Source: a virus (taxonomy: Duplodnaviria > Heunggongvirae > Uroviricota > Caudoviricetes > Crassvirales). Taken from it: 13,926 nt of DNA. Position numbers and translations under genes: made by a program. The stretch covers positions 64,001 through 77,926 of IMG/VR virus record IMGVR_UViG_3300032053_000036; one strand, given 5' to 3'. Of this stretch, positions 9,952 to 13,926 are shown one piece after another. The notes under the pieces were generated by a model. It did no database searches. It saw nothing but the letters and a program-made list of their open reading frames with translations, and was not told the origin of the DNA. The stretch's first letter is position 1; each line of letters starts with the position of its first letter.

Positions 9952-10209
9952 ATGAAAGAAATACAAGTCATACATGTTTGGTCTCCAATAGGAATTAGAA
10001 ACATCAAGTATATAGATCTAATTGATTTTAGTGGTTATAAGTTTAATGATGGTAGTGGATATGTAACGTATACATTAATAGGATCTGATTTGATTACATA
10101 CTATGAAAATCAAATTGAGGTGCCTGATAATGTCATTCAACAATGGGGAGCTGATGATACTATTATATGGGATTATATTATTAATACTCTTGGACTTACA
10201 TTAGTATAA
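9952..10209 (+). CDS. Small acidic hypothetical protein, possibly a fibre-associated protein or chaperone
   Basis: 85 aa. Its ATG directly abuts the fibre stop codon (TAAATG), which suggests translational coupling. The function is inferred from position only. Confidence 0.7.
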   Translation: MKEIQVIHVWSPIGIRNIKYIDLIDFSGYKFNDGSGYVTYTLIGSDLITYYENQIEVPDNVIQQWGADDTIIWDYIINTLGLTLV

Positions 10210-10215
10210 AATAAA

Positions 10216-10249
10216 TTTGGACAATATAAATGATTATTTTAAATTCGCA
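10216..10249 (+). promoter_or_regulatory. Bacteroidota-type housekeeping promoter candidate (-33 TTTG, 20-nt spacer, -7 TAAATTCGCA) upstream of the lysis cassette
   Basis: TTTG at 10216-10219 and TAAATTCG at 10240-10247 have one mismatch to the established TTTG-N19-21-TAnnTTTG consensus. A second overlapping match, TTG(10190)-N19-TAAATTTG(10212-10219), is also present. Confidence 0.5.
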
Positions 10250-10259
10250 TTAACTAAAT

Positions 10260-10296
10260 ATTCCTTTTTCCTTTTTATGAGGGGGAGGAATTTTTT
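10260..10296 (+). terminator. Hairpin followed by a T-tract; intrinsic terminator or attenuator candidate
   Basis: attcct (10260-10265) pairs with aggaat (10286-10291). The stem extends through G-U and G-C pairs (tttcct with aggggg) and is followed by a T run to 10296. The stem is G-U rich, so it may be weak. Confidence 0.5.
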
Positions 10297-10302
10297 ATTT
10301 GT

Positions 10303-10629
10303 ATGAAATACATGGAAACCTCATTGAAAACCCTAGAAGTAGACTTGCAGAATATGGAAGTTAGATTGTCTGACATGGAAGATAAGATTGATTCTATTGA
10401 CACTAAGCTTACGCAAGTGGTAGATGCTATTCTTGGTAACCCTCTAACAAAGACAGGAGGTTTTATTAAAGATATTGAAACTCTTAAAGAGAAAATTATT
10501 GATCTTGAAAAAGGTCAGAAAGATCAAGATGAATTTAAAAAGAAGGTTTCTTGGACAGTGGGTATTATTATGGGCTTAGCTATTGTAATTCAATATATTG
10601 TGAATATTTATACAGCAGTAAAAAGATAA
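10303..10629 (+). CDS. Putative holin-like membrane protein (XhlA-like architecture)
   Basis: 108 aa. It has an N-terminal heptad coiled coil, one C-terminal hydrophobic helix (VSWTVGIIMGLAIVIQYIVNIY) and a basic KR end. It is the first gene of the cluster containing the endolysin. Confidence 0.6.
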   Translation: MKYMETSLKTLEVDLQNMEVRLSDMEDKIDSIDTKLTQVVDAILGNPLTKTGGFIKDIETLKEKIIDLEKGQKDQDEFKKKVSWTVGIIMGLAIVIQYIVNIYTAVKR

Positions 10630-10630
10630 T

Positions 10631-11293
10631 ATGGACTTTATAAAAAACAATTTACTTTCTCTAATCATCATAGTTATTGTGATGGTTGTTTTATTTAAAA
10701 CCTGTGGAGGTGAAACAATTCCTCCACCACCACCAGTTGTTACAGTGATTAGAGATACAGTTTATTTTCATACAGATTCTACAGTGTACAACCAACCTCA
10801 GATAACAGAGAGTATTCCCTATCCTGTAGATAGAGTTACAAAGGAATATCTTCCTGACACAAGTTATGGTAGACTTGTTAATCAATATAGATCTTTAGTT
10901 GAACAATATATGGCTGTAAATATTTCATTAGACTCTATACGTATAGATTCTATTGGGTATGTACGTATAGTTGATAGTGTTTCTAAGAACGCAATTGCTG
11001 GAAGATCAGTTACATATAAACTGAAATATCCAATAACCAAGGAAACAATAACAAAGATTGTTTCTGTTCCTCAGGAGAAGAAAAGACAATTATATGTTGG
11101 TGGAGGTTTTGTAATGGAGAAAAAGGACATGAAATACTATCCTATGGTAGATCCTGTGTTCTCATTAACCTTCCAACCATATGGAAGTCTTCTATATAAA
11201 ACTAAGAAGGATTATATGATTGGTGTAAACGCTGGGATAAACAAGTTGGGAACACCTCAATATGGTCTTGTAACATATCTTAAATTAAAATAA
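10631..11293 (+). CDS. Membrane-anchored envelope protein, spanin-like candidate
   Basis: 220 aa. An N-terminal hydrophobic helix ends in FKTC (Cys25, a non-canonical lipobox) and is followed by PPPPP, a region rich in D-S/T-hydrophobic motifs, a short helix and C-terminal amphipathic beta-strands. It lies between the holin candidate and the endolysin. Confidence 0.6.
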   Translation: MDFIKNNLLSLIIIVIVMVVLFKTCGGETIPPPPPVVTVIRDTVYFHTDSTVYNQPQITESIPYPVDRVTKEYLPDTSYGRLVNQYRSLVEQYMAVNISLDSIRIDSIGYVRIVDSVSKNAIAGRSVTYKLKYPITKETITKIVSVPQEKKRQLYVGGGFVMEKKDMKYYPMVDPVFSLTFQPYGSLLYKTKKDYMIGVNAGINKLGTPQYGLVTYLKLK

Positions 11294-11821
11294 GTGAACT
11301 TACCTCCAGTATATCAATGGCTTGCATTAGAATCTGCCCCAAGACATCTATTAAAGGCTCTGGAGCTTTATGGTGTTACAGAAACTGTAGGATCTAAGAA
11401 TAACCCTGCTATACTTGGATGGGCTAAAGAGGTGGGGTTAGCTAGTGTATATAATGAAGATTCTATACCTTGGTGTGGACTTTTTATGGCTGTTATTATG
11501 AAGAGAGCTGTAAGAGAACCTGTGAAAGATCCTTTATATGCTCTCAATTGGAACAACTTTGGTGTTAAGATAGGTCAACCAATGCTTGGAGATGTTATTA
11601 CATTCTCTAGACAAAGTGGTGGGCATGTTGGATTATATGTAGGAGAAGATGCTGCTGCCTATCACATACTTGGTGGTAACCAGGGAGATAAGGTGTCTAT
11701 TGTAAGAATTGCAAAAGCAAGAGTTTCTCAAGTGAGAAGACCTCCATATATATTACAACCAACTAATGTACGTAAAATCATGCTTGCCAGTAGTGGTAAG
11801 CTATCAACAAATGAAGCATAA
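11294..11821 (+). CDS. Putative endolysin, NlpC/P60 (CHAP-like) peptidase of the TIGR02594 type
   Basis: GTG start abutting the previous TAA. Motifs: EDSIPWCGLF (Cys at 11474), GDVITFSR..GGHVG (His at 11624) and LGGNQGDKV, which are characteristic of this family. No signal peptide is visible. Confidence 0.85.
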   Translation: MNLPPVYQWLALESAPRHLLKALELYGVTETVGSKNNPAILGWAKEVGLASVYNEDSIPWCGLFMAVIMKRAVREPVKDPLYALNWNNFGVKIGQPMLGDVITFSRQSGGHVGLYVGEDAAAYHILGGNQGDKVSIVRIAKARVSQVRRPPYILQPTNVRKIMLASSGKLSTNEA

Positions 11822-11943
11822 TGGCAAAAGCAGTAAATGACGCACGCAAGTTAACATTTGGAAGAAGAAAGACAGGAAGTGCTAAGAAGTCTTTTAACAA
11901 ACACAATTCTCGACCAAAGAAATATGTTGGTCAAGGAAGATAA
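11821..11943 (+). CDS. 40-aa highly basic small protein ending in YVGQGR (not in the ORF track)
   Basis: Translates as MAKAVNDARKLTFGRRKTGSAKKSFNKHNSRPKKYVGQGR*. The ATG overlaps the endolysin stop (TAATG), and the ORF fills most of the gap to the next gene. It has 13 K/R and 1 D. Confidence 0.75.
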   Translation: MAKAVNDARKLTFGRRKTGSAKKSFNKHNSRPKKYVGQGR

Positions 11944-11972
11944 AGTATTAAAAAATAAATTATATTTGTACT

Positions 11973-12422
11973 ATGCCTACATACATTAAAACAGGATTTT
12001 GGGATAAGAAAGCTAAAGCCCCTAAAGAATGGTTAGATCTTAACCTTTTGATTAACCAAGTTGGTGGTGTTTCCTACAAGTCATATGTTGCTAAGATTAC
12101 TCAGAACAGCACATCTGCTCCTGTAGTTACAGTAGTAGAAAATACTACAGGATTAACTTTAAACTGGACTAGAGCAGCTGTAGGTAGATATGTTACTAAT
12201 GTAGTAACAGGAGATAGTAATAAAATTACAATAACTTGTTCTCCAGGTAATCAAACTCCTGTTGGAATTTGTATATATTCATCAATTCAAGGAGCTGGAG
12301 GAAGTAATATATATTTTCAAATAGAATCATTTGCAAACTATATAGGTGCATTTGTTAGTACTGTAGGACTTAACGATAGTATATTAACTAATGCTACAAT
12401 AGAAATAAGAATCTATCCTTAA
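11973..12422 (+). CDS. Hypothetical beta-rich protein, probably virion-associated
   Basis: 149 aa, rich in T/S/V/N, with the segment YKSYVAKITQ...APVVTVVENT...WTR...GRY. It has an A-rich leader. The virion role is inferred from composition and context. Confidence 0.7.
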   Translation: MPTYIKTGFWDKKAKAPKEWLDLNLLINQVGGVSYKSYVAKITQNSTSAPVVTVVENTTGLTLNWTRAAVGRYVTNVVTGDSNKITITCSPGNQTPVGICIYSSIQGAGGSNIYFQIESFANYIGAFVSTVGLNDSILTNATIEIRIYP

Positions 12423-12432
12423 AATTAAAAAC

Positions 12433-12663
12433 ATGGCAATACCTTCAAAACAAATAGGCTGGTCTCAGGAGAGTAATCTTCTTTGGGAGATTGCTAAAGA
12501 GCTTGATCAAATAAATGGCATAGTGGGTGTTGGAAAACCCAATGGAACTTCTGCAACAGGAAATTCAGGTGTACCAAGTAGACAAATTGGTCAGAGTCAA
12601 GAGGTTAAACTTCTATATGAAGTGTTGAAACAAGTGTCAAGATTAAGACAAACTTTAGCGTAA
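12433..12663 (+). CDS. Small protein built from two tandem PSxQIGxS-helix motifs
   Basis: 76 aa. IPSKQIGWSQESNLLWEIAKELDQI and VPSRQIGQSQEVKLLYEVLKQVSRL are joined by a G/S/T/N linker. Confidence 0.75.
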   Translation: MAIPSKQIGWSQESNLLWEIAKELDQINGIVGVGKPNGTSATGNSGVPSRQIGQSQEVKLLYEVLKQVSRLRQTLA

Positions 12664-13436
12664 TGGCAATAAGAAGTAGACAAATAGGATGGAGCCCAAT
12701 GTCTAATGCATTATATGATGTGTTAAGAGAATTTAATGCTCTTAAGGGTCAACTTCCTGGTCCATTTGCTTCCACCACAACAACAAGTACAACAATACCT
12801 TTCCCACCAGCAACAGTGTCAGTTGACATTACAGGGTATGAACAGCTTTTTGATATACCATATGTTTCATCATATGGTTGGTTTATGAAAGTTACTAATG
12901 ATATTGGTTTACCTAGAATATTTAGCTTTGGTCAATTTCCTTCAGCATATCAAGCTGCTTCTATAGAAGGAGGAGTTTTTAAATTTTATTACAATGGAAA
13001 TGTAGAAATTACATATCCATTAACAAATTATATTGGACAATGGGTTTGGATGGTTCTTGGTACAACCACTTCTGGAACTATTTCTTTATCTATAGATGGA
13101 CAGACTGTTGCTAATAGTAATTCTGTTCAACCTATTACTTTACCAACAACATTATATATAGGATCAGAAAATACTCCTAATACAAACTACAATGGATTAA
13201 TGAAGTCTTTTATAGTTGAACTTGGATTAACAACACCTCAATTTGTTGCTATACCAACAACACCATTTCAAAATAGTGGAAATAGTTTATTAATTTTATT
13301 TCAAGGATTAGATATAACACAACAAACTACAGATCAAGGTCAGCTTATTTTACCTGTAACTAATTCAGGTGCAGTGTATAATACTGACAGTCCATATTTA
13401 GGATATGGAGGAAGTACACAGTTTGGAGCAATATAA
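12663..13436 (+). CDS. QIGWS-motif protein with a Thr-rich linker and a LamG/concanavalin A-like domain
   Basis: 257 aa. The N-terminus is MAIRSRQIGWS..SNALYDVLRE, followed by the linker STTTTSTTIP and the LamG-like pattern GQWVWMVL...ISLSIDG...LYIG...YNGLMKSFIV. It overlaps the previous gene at TAATG. Confidence 0.7.
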   Translation: MAIRSRQIGWSPMSNALYDVLREFNALKGQLPGPFASTTTTSTTIPFPPATVSVDITGYEQLFDIPYVSSYGWFMKVTNDIGLPRIFSFGQFPSAYQAASIEGGVFKFYYNGNVEITYPLTNYIGQWVWMVLGTTTSGTISLSIDGQTVANSNSVQPITLPTTLYIGSENTPNTNYNGLMKSFIVELGLTTPQFVAIPTTPFQNSGNSLLILFQGLDITQQTTDQGQLILPVTNSGAVYNTDSPYLGYGGSTQFGAI

Positions 13437-13460
13437 AATAAAAACCAATTAACTACATAT

Positions 13461-13926
13461 ATGAAGGAACTAAAGTTCATTTGTGCACAGCCTGATGATG
13501 TGTATTACACATGGCAAGTGCACTTATGGTTAGAGAGTCTTAGAAACATTGGACATTCAGACAAAGCAATTGTTCTTGTGTTCACACCTTCCTTTAGAGA
13601 GAAGAGTGATAAATGGGATAAGATTGTTGACCTCTATCCAGAAGCTGAATTCAGTTTCATAAAGGATGTTGATAATGTAAGCAGGTATTTAGGTACATAC
13701 ATTCCTGTTCTTAGGCCCTACTGTTTGATGAAATACTTTAAAGAACATCCTGAGATGGTAAGCAAGGCAGTTTTTTATTGTGATTCAGACATACAGTTTA
13801 CAGATAAGTTTGATGTTTCTGAGTGGATGGAAGATGATGTGTGTTATCTTTCAGACACAAACAGCTATATCAATGCTTCATATTTTGATAGTAAAACTAG
13901 AGATGTTATTCCTGAGAAGCTAGAAG
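13461..13926 (+). CDS. GT-A fold (DxD) glycosyltransferase resembling GT95/GT96 peptidyl O-glycosyltransferases; 3' truncated and not in the ORF track
   Basis: The frame is open from ATG 13461 to the window end (155 codons): MKELKFICAQPDDVYYTWQVHLWLESLRNIG...YIPVLRPYCLMKYFKEHPEMVSKAVFYCDSDIQF... The DSD motif at 13782-13790 follows a hydrophobic strand. Confidence 0.75.
   Translation, partial: MKELKFICAQPDDVYYTWQVHLWLESLRNIGHSDKAIVLVFTPSFREKSDKWDKIVDLYPEAEFSFIKDVDNVSRYLGTYIPVLRPYCLMKYFKEHPEMVSKAVFYCDSDIQFTDKFDVSEWMEDDVCYLSDTNSYINASYFDSKTRDVIPEKLE

Noticed and set aside
10281-10289. GGAGG as a Shine-Dalgarno sequence for the holin candidate
   Set aside because: It is too far from the ATG (about 14 nt), no other gene here has a Shine-Dalgarno motif, and it is better explained as the 3' arm of the hairpin.
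289-11556. Minus-strand ORFs from the track (289-510, 533-796, 1398-1595, 1879-2079, 2371-2601, 2747-3106, 7479-7865, 8367-8582, 8946-9176, 10691-10885, 11368-11556)
   Set aside because: All lie antisense to long, motif-bearing + strand genes. They look like shadow ORFs caused by codon bias and show no recognisable motifs.
11961-11970. Perfect -7 box TATATTTG just upstream of the gene at 11973
   Set aside because: There is no -33 TTG/TTTG at the 19-21 nt spacing, and the box lies only 4 nt from the ATG. It cannot be supported without transcript data.
290-13436. All 12 visible stop codons are TAA, suggesting possible TAG/TGA recoding as in some crAss-like phages
   Set aside because: The long ORFs (1637 and 1007 aa) are intact under the standard code with no in-frame TAG or TGA, and genes tile the window without fragmentation. 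AT richness is a sufficient explanation.

Overview
This AT-rich window is densely coded on the + strand and looks like part of a lytic tailed-phage genome, in its late or virion region. The host is probably Bacteroidota: start codons have A-rich leaders without Shine-Dalgarno motifs, and a TTTG-N20-TAnnTTyGCA promoter-like element is present. Gene order: (1) 3' end of an upstream gene; (2) a 1637-aa putative virion/ejection protein with a degenerate zincin-like (EExxH) module and an apparently intact PD-(D/E)XK nuclease module; (3) two fibre/adhesin proteins sharing a Cys-rich N-terminal module, the first with 12 x 16-aa beta-roll-like repeats and the second Ser/Thr-rich with an internal C1q/TNF-like domain; (4) a small fibre-associated ORF; (5) a lysis cassette with an XhlA-like holin candidate, a spanin-like membrane protein and a TIGR02594-type NlpC/P60 endolysin; (6) a 40-aa basic ORF missing from the ORF track; (7) three small probable virion proteins, two of which share a repeated QIGWS motif; (8) the 5' part of a DxD glycosyltransferase, also missing from the track, that resembles plant peptidyl O-glycosyltransferases (GT95/GT96). 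The leading hypothesis is a phage-encoded virion O-glycosylation system. All family assignments come from motif recognition by eye; no database searches were run.
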